DNA of 45,087 nucleotides from a virus. The position numbers and the translations under genes were made by a program. The stretch spans positions 1 through 45,087 of IMG/VR virus record IMGVR_UViG_3300035137_000084; one strand, 5' to 3'. Shown piece after piece: positions 35,075-43,305 of the stretch. Every line of letters begins with the position of its first letter. Position 1 is the first letter of the stretch. The notes under the pieces were generated by a model. The model was not told the DNA's origin. It made no database searches and saw only the letters and a program-made list of their open reading frames with translations.

Positions 35075-35812
35075 TTAATTATTTTCACTGTTCATTGTCG
35101 GATACATACGTTGAGCCCGAGTTGTTTTGGTACTTCTCTTGGTTGTACTCGGAGCTTGTATGATCCCACCTTCTTGTAGAGCTTTTCCGACCAGATGCAA
35201 CCCTTTGATGATGGCCGGATTATCACCGGCACGAGTGGCTTTATCTTCCAAAAGCAATCGAATTTCACCTTCCGGGTCCATGAAGGCTAAAGCTCTATGG
35301 GCCAATGACACATTGAGTTCTTTACTCTCTCCCCACTCTTCAAAAAGTTTGGTAAGTCCCGCCTGATTCTGCTCATTTATCTGTTGTTCTTTATGAGCGA
35401 AAAGGCTACTTATGATCCTCTTATTGAGATTAATAGTGGCATCAAGCTGCCCCTGTGTCAATTTGTTGTCTTTTGCGTATTTGTTAAGAGCCTCTGTCAA
35501 CCCTTTCACATCTTCTGGGATATCATACTGATCCGGTACTTCGGTGGGTAGTTCAGATTCAGTAAAAGCCTTTACAACATCTTCAACTGATTCAAAACCC
35601 TTCAGTCTCTCATGATTACGAATACCCTCCGGCAAGCTGTCAAGCCAGGATTTATTAGGATCTGCCGGGGTAGGATCTGCCGGGGTAGGATCTGCCGGGG
35701 TAGGATCTGCCGGGGTAGGATCTGCCGGGGTAGGATCTGCCGGGGTAGGATCTGCCGGGGTAGGATCTGCCGGGGTAGGATCTGCCGTCATAACGGTACC
35801 ATCTTTACTCAT
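35075..35812 (-). CDS. Scaffolding protein with N-terminal (ADPTP)x8 repeat
   Basis: An acidic helical 245-aa protein encoded between the portal and capsid genes. Confidence 0.65.
   Translation of the reverse strand: MSKDGTVMTADPTPADPTPADPTPADPTPADPTPADPTPADPTPADPTPADPNKSWLDSLPEGIRNHERLKGFESVEDVVKAFTESELPTEVPDQYDIPEDVKGLTEALNKYAKDNKLTQGQLDATINLNKRIISSLFAHKEQQINEQNQAGLTKLFEEWGESKELNVSLAHRALAFMDPEGEIRLLLEDKATRAGDNPAIIKGLHLVGKALQEGGIIQAPSTTKRSTKTTRAQRMYPTMNSENN
35656..35787. repeat. Perfect 15-nt tandem repeat, 8.8 copies (taggatctgccgggg)
   Basis: Read directly: 8 identical units at 35656-35775 plus a 12-nt partial unit. The repeat encodes ADPTP x8 on the minus strand. Confidence 0.95.
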
Positions 35813-36095
35813 AACCTTGAGCCTCCTTCTGCATTGTTAAATATATCCCAGGGCTGGCTTCTTGTATTTCGTCAAGTAAAATTAAACCTATTTCTCGTTT
35901 ACCAAGATTAAAATCAGCTAACTCTCCTGGATGGATAGATTCATAGATACCACAGTTACATAATATTTTCCACACTAAATATCTGGTATCCTTATTTTTT
36001 AAAGCCTCTCTTATTTTTGAGCGGTGAAGCTTAGTCAAATGGTTGACTTGTTGCGCCTCTTTTCTTTCATCTTTATCCGGTTGATATTCAGCCAT
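35805..36095 (-). CDS. Hypothetical protein between portal and scaffold
   Basis: The start overlaps the portal stop (TAATG). GKREIGLILLDEI...YLTMQKE resembles small proteins found at this position in other podoviruses. Confidence 0.55.
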   Translation of the reverse strand: MAEYQPDKDERKEAQQVNHLTKLHRSKIREALKNKDTRYLVWKILCNCGIYESIHPGELADFNLGKREIGLILLDEIQEASPGIYLTMQKEAQGYE

Positions 36096-37807
36096 TATGC
36101 ACCTTCACCTAGTACATCTGTAAGTGTATCCCCTACATCTGCGTAATTCTTTGCAGCTTGAGATTGCGTAAGTGTATCCTCGCTTCGGGCTTTCTGCATC
36201 ATTGCCCCTTCTACTTTTCGTTTTTCCTCCTGCTGCTGTTTCAATCTCTCTGCTCTTATCTGGTTTACCTTATCGTCATCATTCAATACTGTTATAGGTA
36301 CTCCATAAATATCAGCAAACTCATCAACAATATTATCTGAGTTTACCTTATCGAGAACAGTTTGATCATAGGAGGCCACGCCACTGACTGCTCCCAGAAA
36401 ATTTGTTATTGGTTTGGCAGCAATAGATTTTTGTACCTGGGCCAATACACCGGTAAAGGTTATATCATAGTCAAGATTAAGTCCCTCAAGTTCTGCCGGT
36501 ATCGGCGGCAAAGCGTCACGCCTAGCCAGTATAAGCAGACACCTGCTTAAAATAGGTCGGAGCATATCATGGATTATCGGTTTGACCACCGGACCCAATC
36601 GAAGATTCTTTTCTTCTTCTTTTACGAGTACTTCAGTTGCTTTTAGCGGGCTTGCATTTGGATCTCTGGCCGCTGTAAGAAAGATGTCATTAAAAAACCC
36701 TCTTCCTATGTGTTCCTCTATCCTCTCTGCTGCTGCCGCTGCAGCCTGAAAATTAAAATTTATATTGTAAGCGGATTCAATTTTATCCTGAGAATTTCTA
36801 ACATAATTCCTGGCCCCTGGAAGCATATTGAGTTTATTTCTCAAATAACTCGGGGCAGTAGTAGGAGGATCGATAGTCTTATGAACCGCTTTCAAAAAAC
36901 CCTTTTCAATTTCCTGCAACCGTCTTGCATGGGGTAAAACCTTACTTCCTCTCCCGACCCCATACACATCTGAGCCTATAACCCCCATTCTGGCAACACC
37001 CCAAGGTCTTTCGTAAAAACCCTCTTTCAATATTGGTTTTTCGAGTTCTTCTCTATCACCCTTGAGTACTTTTTTATTATGCCCGGCAAAATCCAAGAGA
37101 AAATAACACGAACTTATGGGCTTATCCATGTAACGGTGTTCCGTTATGGCATGTAAAACCGTATAATACTGCAGATGGGCATTTTTCTCTTTTGCGAGTT
37201 CTTTTATCTTTTCCGGGAGTCTGTTTTTTCCAAACTTTTTTATAAGTTGATGGGGTGTAAAAAATAACAAGGAATAAAACCGATCAACCTCCCCATTGTC
37301 ATCAGTCCCTATGACGTACTCCCCATAGGTATAATTCTTAAATTTGAAAGCTGTTCCCGGAGTGTTTGTGTCAACTACCAATAATGCACCGTTTCCAAAA
37401 GCGCAGTACTCCGTAAACCAACTACTCATTATGCTGTAAAAATTAGAAGCGAGAAGGTGGTTTTTTAAAACCTCCTGTGATTCCGAAAACCATCGTTTAA
37501 CAGCAAAAGACCTTTTAGCAACCCGATCCACCGGATCAAGGTTAAACCAGGGCCGAAGAGTCGATATAATCCCCTCATCCAGCGCTGAGACTAGAACGTA
37601 CAGAGCTTCCTCTGCTGCCGGGTTTATGGAATCAACCGCACTAAATTTTCGTTTTGGGGGTCTGGTATATGTAGTAAACACCCCACGACCAGGGGTAACG
37701 AATCGAGAAATCAATTTAGCTTCAATATCGTAATCTCTTCGCTCTTCAAGGAATTCTTCGTACTCTAAAGCGTGATATGATCGGGTTCCAACTTTTGAAT
37801 CGGGCAT
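36095..37807 (-). CDS. Portal (head-to-tail connector) protein
   Basis: A 570-aa protein encoded upstream of the scaffold and capsid genes. SRFVTPGRG...AAEEALYVLVSALDEGIISTLRPWFNL matches the podovirus connector pattern. Confidence 0.75.
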   Translation of the reverse strand: MPDSKVGTRSYHALEYEEFLEERRDYDIEAKLISRFVTPGRGVFTTYTRPPKRKFSAVDSINPAAEEALYVLVSALDEGIISTLRPWFNLDPVDRVAKRSFAVKRWFSESQEVLKNHLLASNFYSIMSSWFTEYCAFGNGALLVVDTNTPGTAFKFKNYTYGEYVIGTDDNGEVDRFYSLLFFTPHQLIKKFGKNRLPEKIKELAKEKNAHLQYYTVLHAITEHRYMDKPISSCYFLLDFAGHNKKVLKGDREELEKPILKEGFYERPWGVARMGVIGSDVYGVGRGSKVLPHARRLQEIEKGFLKAVHKTIDPPTTAPSYLRNKLNMLPGARNYVRNSQDKIESAYNINFNFQAAAAAAERIEEHIGRGFFNDIFLTAARDPNASPLKATEVLVKEEEKNLRLGPVVKPIIHDMLRPILSRCLLILARRDALPPIPAELEGLNLDYDITFTGVLAQVQKSIAAKPITNFLGAVSGVASYDQTVLDKVNSDNIVDEFADIYGVPITVLNDDDKVNQIRAERLKQQQEEKRKVEGAMMQKARSEDTLTQSQAAKNYADVGDTLTDVLGEGA

Positions 37808-38142
37808 TATGTTTCTTCCGCTATGAGACTCTGACTGACTACATCAGGATTGGGATCGAGTTTAGAAGTCAAAATTGTACTGGACCGACCTTTCTTTCTG
37901 GCAGCTTCTTTTTCGGCTTCCAGGGCAATACCTTCTTTCAACTGCTGTCTTTTAGCCTCCCAATCATATGTCTTTGTGGGAGTAGGATCTGGCGGCTTCA
38001 GTAATTGGGCCTGAGTGGTAGCTTGTATAACCTCTGTCTGCTGCTCCTGTAAACTGATCATAGCTTCGGCCATGGATTCTATGGCACTGGTATAATCAGG
38101 AGTAGAAGGAGCTGACGTTGTTTCAGATTCAGACTTTCCCAT
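37807..38142 (-). CDS. Hypothetical protein
   Basis: ORF whose stop overlaps the portal start. Confidence 0.55.
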   Translation of the reverse strand: MGKSESETTSAPSTPDYTSAIESMAEAMISLQEQQTEVIQATTQAQLLKPPDPTPTKTYDWEAKRQQLKEGIALEAEKEAARKKGRSSTILTSKLDPNPDVVSQSLIAEET

Positions 38143-38144
38143 AA

Positions 38145-38768
38145 TTAACCTCCTAAGACTGTCTTTCCTCCAAGAGCTTCTTTTTCATCGGTTAAAACAG
38201 TAGTACCGGAACGTCTTGAAGAAACAGTTTGACCGGCTGGCTTTTCAGCAGTCGGAGCAGCTCCGGAAGAAGCTGTTCCCTCTCCCCGCATTATACCGGA
38301 ATCCCACACCTGACCTTGCTCACCCCAGGTGGTTATGAGTTTCTGAAGACTTGATTCCTGATCAGCAGACCAGTAAGACGCAAACAGGTTATTTATCCTG
38401 TTCATCTTTTCAGCTTCAGACACGGAATAATCAAGCCCACGGGTAGCCGCATGAGAAGCTTCCTCTGCAATTTGGGCATTGACATCCTGAACAGCCTTGT
38501 CAGCGGAATCGTATTTCAAAGAATAAAGGGAATTAAGTTCTTCTATCCCCATTCTCCTTTCCGCTTCCTCTTGCTGCTTTTGATAGATTGCTTCGTAATC
38601 GGGTAAGCTTATGGCCGGAATTTCTATGTCCGGAATTTCTATGGTAGCCGCAGAAGATGTCGAAGAAGTAGCCGCTTCTTCGTCATCATCGGTCAAAGCG
38701 TCATATAAGTTACCAACCAGAGTACCGGTAGCCAGGTTTAAGGCAGATGCCGTGGAAGAAGATCCCAT
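38145..38768 (-). CDS. Hypothetical acidic protein
   Basis: ORF in the operon. Confidence 0.55.
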   Translation of the reverse strand: MGSSSTASALNLATGTLVGNLYDALTDDDEEAATSSTSSAATIEIPDIEIPAISLPDYEAIYQKQQEEAERRMGIEELNSLYSLKYDSADKAVQDVNAQIAEEASHAATRGLDYSVSEAEKMNRINNLFASYWSADQESSLQKLITTWGEQGQVWDSGIMRGEGTASSGAAPTAEKPAGQTVSSRRSGTTVLTDEKEALGGKTVLGG

Positions 38769-38829
38769 AATAAACCTCTATACATTTTTTTAAAAAAAAT
38801 AGCTTTTTACAAAAATACAGGAATTATTG

Positions 38830-39393
38830 TTAAGATGTCAAGTAAAAATAATCACGATGAATTTGAGACACTACAACATCTTGTATAACCGGATCTGCAT
38901 AGTGACAAACAACTGCGTCTTTTAAAATACCTACTTCTTGGAAACCCACGACCTTTGACCAACGAATAGCAAGAGTATTACATACTGGCAGAAGCCCTAG
39001 AACATTATTAACAGCAAACTCACCGTCAAATTTCAACTGAAAAATATAATCAAGCCCCCTCCGGCCTATCTCAACTGATCTTTTTCTCCCGAAGACAGAT
39101 GGATGAAGTGAAAAATGGGCTTGAGCCGCTTTTCCGCAGTAGTTAGACAACATTACTTCCCCAATAACTGTGTCATTGTCGTTATCCCAACAGATGTAAT
39201 TCCATAATTTTTTATTATTAAGCATCGAAGAAACCACATCAAGATCCGGATTTTGAATTTCCGGAACACGATAACGCAACAGGTTATGTTGTTTTAAATC
39301 TTTCCAGTAACGAAAGACAAAATGGCGCATGGCAGCATTGTCTAAATCCACCGGTACAAATTGAAAATTATATAAAGGGGTCATAGTCGTCAT
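38830..39393 (-). CDS. GNAT-family N-acetyltransferase (tentative)
   Basis: IGEVML...AHFSLHP...RRGLDYIF...VCNTLAIRWSKVVGFQEVGILKDA fits the GNAT A/B motif layout. An alternative start lies at 39384. Confidence 0.5.
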   Translation of the reverse strand: MTTMTPLYNFQFVPVDLDNAAMRHFVFRYWKDLKQHNLLRYRVPEIQNPDLDVVSSMLNNKKLWNYICWDNDNDTVIGEVMLSNYCGKAAQAHFSLHPSVFGRKRSVEIGRRGLDYIFQLKFDGEFAVNNVLGLLPVCNTLAIRWSKVVGFQEVGILKDAVVCHYADPVIQDVVVSQIHRDYFYLTS

Positions 39394-40795
39394 TATAAAA
39401 ATTCATTGGATCATAATTCCGATCCCTTTTTTCCTTAAAGTGTCTCATTTGCCTGAGTGTCTCATCAGTAATTCCCCTCTCCCGCATCTGAGGTGTAGCC
39501 CGGTGTATCACATCAACCTCCTCCGCAAAAGTAACGGCAAGAGCATCCGCTTCATCAAAAGGGGTTCCGGGGGCTCTTGAACGGATGTGCTGCTTGGACT
39601 CCATCTGAATATAACCTTTATCATTTAACTCGCATGTGGGTGTCGAAAGACCGACTATCAGGTTCTCATCGTCCGGTATGGAAGGTGTCTGCCCTTTATA
39701 AGCTCCGGCCATGAACCAATCCTTGACCTTGCCATATATCTCAGCTCTTTTGTTAAGATACAACGAGTTTGACAACCTTGCGGCGAAATGAACAGGGTAC
39801 AGGATGTCACCATACCCGAGCTTTTCAATCTGGTTAATGACTCCCTCACCCCGGCCACTGTCAACCATTATGGCATCAGCACCCCATGAGCTGGCCTCTT
39901 TTACAGCAATAGACCCGAGATCCTGAGGTTTCACACCTTTAAACTTCAAGATGGGGTATAAATGACGACCTTGCCGTTTTGCGATAGTAGCACTGTCACC
40001 TTTGGCTGAATATGCCGGATCAACCCCTACGATTTTAGGGGCAAAACCAAAGTCTTCCTCTTTTAGTCGATTATTCACTGCCGGTTGGATGATATCAAGA
40101 GGAATCAATACGTTCTCAGATGAAGCTGTCCAGGAGCAATAATACTCCTGTTGAATCAGTGACTCCGGCATCCCGGACTCTCTATCCTGCTGAATAGCTT
40201 CCAGTGTGGGCACGCCGGTATCATCCCGGGTCAAGTACTGGCTGAACCAGTTTTCATTCTTCTCAGCGGCTCTGAAGAGCTGGTACATATGATTCAGACC
40301 ACGGGGCGTGCCGTTGAATAAAGCCCATCCGTTGTTCTCTGCCAAGATGGGCCGAAGATAATGCCAGGCTTCGGGTCGGTGAAGAGAAAACTCGGTAAAA
40401 ATTATCCCAACCGGGTTTGTTCCCATGATTGAGTCAATGTTATCAGACCCGCATACTTTAAGAACAGAGTCAGTCTTCAATTCCAACTCCATACCTGTCT
40501 CTCTTTTGTTCTTAATCAACTCTCTTGGAATGTAATCAAGAAACTTCCGTCCCGAGCCATCAGCTCCCAACCATATAATCTGCCTTGCCTGATTAGAAAA
40601 AGGGGCCATGTACAGATAAAGGCCTTTTCTTTGAACGGCCTTTGCAGTGAGTATGTTGATAGCAACAAGATCTTTACCGTTTCTCCGGGGCCAAACAGTG
40701 ATACCCCTCCGGATATTATTAACAACAAAAGCTTGCCATACCGGATCTTGGTAATGACGGAGATTAAAATCGTAAGGGAGCTTTAAAGACGGCAT
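39368..40795 (-). CDS. terL: Terminase large subunit
   Basis: The Walker-A-like motif is WPRRNGKD. The C-terminal half resembles a nuclease domain. The 475-aa gene lies next to TerS. Confidence 0.8.
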   Translation of the reverse strand: MPSLKLPYDFNLRHYQDPVWQAFVVNNIRRGITVWPRRNGKDLVAINILTAKAVQRKGLYLYMAPFSNQARQIIWLGADGSGRKFLDYIPRELIKNKRETGMELELKTDSVLKVCGSDNIDSIMGTNPVGIIFTEFSLHRPEAWHYLRPILAENNGWALFNGTPRGLNHMYQLFRAAEKNENWFSQYLTRDDTGVPTLEAIQQDRESGMPESLIQQEYYCSWTASSENVLIPLDIIQPAVNNRLKEEDFGFAPKIVGVDPAYSAKGDSATIAKRQGRHLYPILKFKGVKPQDLGSIAVKEASSWGADAIMVDSGRGEGVINQIEKLGYGDILYPVHFAARLSNSLYLNKRAEIYGKVKDWFMAGAYKGQTPSIPDDENLIVGLSTPTCELNDKGYIQMESKQHIRSRAPGTPFDEADALAVTFAEEVDVIHRATPQMRERGITDETLRQMRHFKEKRDRNYDPMNFYNDDYDPFI

Positions 40796-40797
40796 AT

Positions 40798-40977
40798 CTA
40801 AGTAATCGGTACAAAAACAGAAGTTGTGTCGTGATAAGAGTGTTTTATTTTTCGGGTATAAATGTAACCGGTGTCCACTCTCAGCACCTCATACTCTGTA
40901 AACTCATCAATGTCGAAAATAAGAGTCTCGTGCATCTGAAGATCCCTTACCCTTTCCAGCTCTTTGGATGGTTTCAT
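40798..40977 (-). CDS. Small protein (59 aa) between TerS and TerL
   Basis: The ATG at 40977 overlaps the TerS stop as ATGA. The frame is open to TAG 40800-40798, 2 nt before the TerL start. It falls below the ORF-track cutoff. Confidence 0.55.
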   Translation of the reverse strand: MKPSKELERVRDLQMHETLIFDIDEFTEYEVLRVDTGYIYTRKIKHSYHDTTSVFVPIT

Positions 40978-41516
40978 ATCAAATCATCAAACCCCTCTAT
41001 TTCTTTAGTCTTGAAATCAAGCTCTTTTATATCCTTCTTACCGGGTGTCACGTCTATGATTGTCGGATTCTTGCGGTTGGATATGCCTTCTATCTCGATC
41101 TTGAAAACCATATCCGCATTCACATCAACCTGAGCCTTTTCTCTCCGGTTGAAAAAAGTTGAGAGAAGAAACTTCACAAACTGCTGCGGCATTGCTTCTC
41201 TCAAGCCGCCTTGAATATATGCGTCTTCAATAAAAGATCCTGCCAGTTCGAGGCAAGCCATGGACTCCTTCATGTAAGTCCCCGGCACATCTTCCTCTGC
41301 CCGGATGATACGCTGCAGCGCATCGAATCCTCTTAAACCGATAGCCATAGCAAGACCTGGAGGGGTCGGAAGTTGCGGATCATCCTCATCTTTTAAAAGC
41401 GAGAAATAGTCTACGATCTTCAACCTCAGCCTGTCAGGGTCGGCCATGACTTGTTCGGGGGTATAAAACCTCGGGAGGTTTATACTTCGTTGTAGTGTTT
41501 CAGGAATTTGTGCCAT
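40974..41516 (-). CDS. terS: Terminase small subunit
   Basis: PTPPGLAMAIGLRGFDALQRI is the HTH-like Terminase_2 pattern. The gene lies upstream of TerL, and the protein ends in GFDDLI. Confidence 0.65.
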   Translation of the reverse strand: MAQIPETLQRSINLPRFYTPEQVMADPDRLRLKIVDYFSLLKDEDDPQLPTPPGLAMAIGLRGFDALQRIIRAEEDVPGTYMKESMACLELAGSFIEDAYIQGGLREAMPQQFVKFLLSTFFNRREKAQVDVNADMVFKIEIEGISNRKNPTIIDVTPGKKDIKELDFKTKEIEGFDDLI

Positions 41517-41526
41517 AGTTTACTTA

Positions 41527-41934
41527 TCAGAACAATAAAGTTCGAATATATTCTATTTTTTCATGCATCTGTTTGATACTTTCCCTTATGATTACAGGAC
41601 CACCAGTTAAGGTTTGTACAAGGGAAAGCCCCCCAATGTTCTCTTTTTGACTCGGATCTTGTGGGATGTCGCACATACTCGCTATCAAATCATCTAAAGC
41701 CTCGGATACTGTACCTAATTCTTTAAAGGCTTCCAGTAAATCGAGATGTTTCATAACTTTAAGGGTTGGTGTCCCAGGGGTTTGTGTCCCAGGGGTTTGT
41801 GTCCCAGGGGTTTGTGTCCCAGGTACTTCGTTCGTAGGTTGTGGGGTTTCATCAGGGATACTTATTGTGGAGTTTAGGTTTTTATGTAAGTGTTTCACAC
41901 TTTCAGCTTCCATGTTTTCAAGTGTAAGTCCCAT
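41527..41934 (-). CDS. Hypothetical protein with (PGTQT)x3.7 repeat; first gene of the leftward operon
   Basis: The SD gaaggagagaaag lies upstream of the ORF. Confidence 0.6.
   Translation of the reverse strand: MGLTLENMEAESVKHLHKNLNSTISIPDETPQPTNEVPGTQTPGTQTPGTQTPGTPTLKVMKHLDLLEAFKELGTVSEALDDLIASMCDIPQDPSQKENIGGLSLVQTLTGGPVIIRESIKQMHEKIEYIRTLLF
41769..41823. repeat. Perfect 15-nt tandem repeat, about 3.7 copies (gtgtcccaggggttt)
   Basis: Read directly: units at 41769-41783, 41784-41798 and 41799-41813, plus a 10-nt partial unit. Confidence 0.9.
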
Positions 41935-41984
41935 CTTTCTCTCCTTCTCTGTTGAATTTGGTGGTTTTTAAACTTTCGTTTCTT

Positions 41985-42012
41985 ATTATATGAGTTTACG
42001 GGTTGATGTCAA
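41985..42012 (-). promoter_or_regulatory. Near-consensus sigma70-type promoter for the leftward (structural) operon
   Basis: The minus strand reads TTGACA (42012-42007), a 16-nt spacer, then TATAAT (41990-41985), about 50 nt upstream of the ATG at 41934. Confidence 0.65.
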
Positions 42013-42037
42013 GATTTTTTTTAAGTTATTGGGTGGT

Positions 42038-42053
42038 TGTGTCAATTGACACA
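42038..42053. promoter_or_regulatory. Perfect 16-bp palindrome TGTGTCAATTGACACA (operator-like)
   Basis: Read directly. It lies 26 bp upstream of the -35 of the leftward promoter. Confidence 0.55.
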
Positions 42054-42216
42054 GACTAGGAGGGGGTCTGGGTGGTTGTAGTCGTGTTTGCCGCTTATTT
42101 TTATGGCCGATTTTCCCCCGATCCCCACTGTCCCAGGACACAAAAATTCAATGATAACGTACAGTTATGTGGTTATGTCGCAATCACTACGGCTTCTAGT
42201 AGATTAGAAATGATGT

Positions 42217-42230
42217 GTGTCAGTTGACAG
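42217..42230. promoter_or_regulatory. Operator-like site GTGTCAGTTGACAG
   Basis: A 13/14 match to the reverse complement of the 4789 and 4836 sites. Confidence 0.4.
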
Positions 42231-42269
42231 AGAATATAAGTCAACTGATTTCAATGTACATTGCCACTG

Positions 42270-42514
42270 GTTGACAAAACCAACGTACATGTATGTCTAA
42301 ACCCGCATGTTTAAAGGGCTGTGTATGTGTGTGTATGTCAAAACGAAATACCTTTTTATATAATATGAAATATATAACCAAAAGTATGTGTCAATTAACA
42401 CCTCTTTCCTTTCTCTGGTAAAATTGGTAGAGGAGTTTAATTTTGACATACACACACATACACAAGCCAGTAAATTCAAGGATCTAGACATACATGTACG
42501 TTGGTTTTGTCAAC
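42270..42514. repeat. Nested inverted repeat (outer arms 30 bp, inner arms 24 bp)
   Basis: 42270-42299 is the exact reverse complement of 42485-42514, and 42320-42343 is the exact reverse complement of 42441-42464. The non-complementary segments between arms are 20 nt on each side. Confidence 0.9.
42388..42401. promoter_or_regulatory. Operator-like site GTGTCAATTAACAC at the centre of the nested inverted repeat
   Basis: A 13/14 match to GTGTCAATTGACAC. The site centre is 42394.5, against a repeat symmetry centre of 42392. Confidence 0.45.
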
Positions 42515-42687
42515 TATTAAGACATACACAACACATACATTTCCATAAGCTGTGACTAATAGTTTATTAATATATTCATTAATTATACTAATGAAGATAT
42601 CTGTTGACAATTTTCGTGGATTTTAAAACGATTTTAGATATTTTTGTCACAAAATGTCAATTAATCTCAACATACATGATTTTTTAG

Positions 42688-42716
42688 TTGACAGAGGTTT
42701 TTTTATCTTGTAAGTT
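42688..42716 (+). promoter_or_regulatory. Sigma70-type promoter for the rightward early operon
   Basis: TTGACA (42688-42693), a 17-nt spacer, then TAAGTT (42711-42716). Confidence 0.55.
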
Positions 42717-42738
42717 AAAAATAAAAACACTTTAAAAC

Positions 42739-42752
42739 CTGTCAATTAACAC
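42739..42752. promoter_or_regulatory. Operator-like site CTGTCAATTAACAC between the early promoter and the first early RBS
   Basis: A 12/14 match to the palindrome consensus, followed by aaaggagaaaacaacc and the ATG at 42769. This is the same layout as at 4836. Confidence 0.4.
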
Positions 42753-42768
42753 AAAGGAGAAAACAACC

Positions 42769-43290
42769 ATGACAAAAACAGATCAGAAGTATTATCAAGC
42801 TGTAATTGATAGAGGCTTCGAGGTTGAGTTCCAAACGGGCTATAAAGATGAGCCTTGGTCAAAGGCAAAATTGTTAAAAATGAAAATCGAAGAGTCAAAA
42901 AGAGGCTATCGTCTTTTTGTACTGGAAGGTTGGAAAAAATACAGTCGTCAGCATGTTTATTTTCAACGCTTTGTCTATCTTGCTGGGGTTGAATGTGGTC
43001 AATATTGGGCTATCCGCTGCCCTGCAACAGTAACAACGATAAAAGAGGCTATCGACTATACAACCCCCGCTGTTGTCCACAAAGCTCGGAAAGTGGGCAG
43101 AAAAGTAATCAGACAAGGTGATGTCTTTATCATTGAGCAGTCCAGGGATGGCAACCATTCGAATTTACCGGAAAATCACTCCTTCAACCCGGAGACCAGA
43201 ACCCTCAAACATCCAGAACACAAAAATATCCACATCCCGTTCCCTTGCAAGTTTGTCCAGGGGAAATCTGTCAATTCAAGAGCTGATTAA
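42769..43290 (+). CDS. Hypothetical early protein (173 aa)
   Basis: Strong SD context aaaggagaaaacaaccATG. Confidence 0.7.
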   Translation: MTKTDQKYYQAVIDRGFEVEFQTGYKDEPWSKAKLLKMKIEESKRGYRLFVLEGWKKYSRQHVYFQRFVYLAGVECGQYWAIRCPATVTTIKEAIDYTTPAVVHKARKVGRKVIRQGDVFIIEQSRDGNHSNLPENHSFNPETRTLKHPEHKNIHIPFPCKFVQGKSVNSRAD

Positions 43291-43305
43291 AAGGAGAAAA
43301 CAACC

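Noticed and set aside
34512-35078. 188-aa plus-strand ORF; 34172-34543 is similar
   Set aside because: It lies entirely antisense to the major capsid gene and has no SD or recognisable motif. It is most likely a shadow ORF.
35612-35911. 99-aa plus-strand ORF (ICRGRICRGR...)
   Set aside because: It is the antisense reading of the perfect 15-nt repeat inside the scaffold gene.
42297-42491. 64-aa minus-strand ORF in the control region
   Set aside because: It lies exactly within the nested inverted repeat and has a low-complexity (CVCV...) sequence and no SD. It is treated as a by-product of the palindrome.
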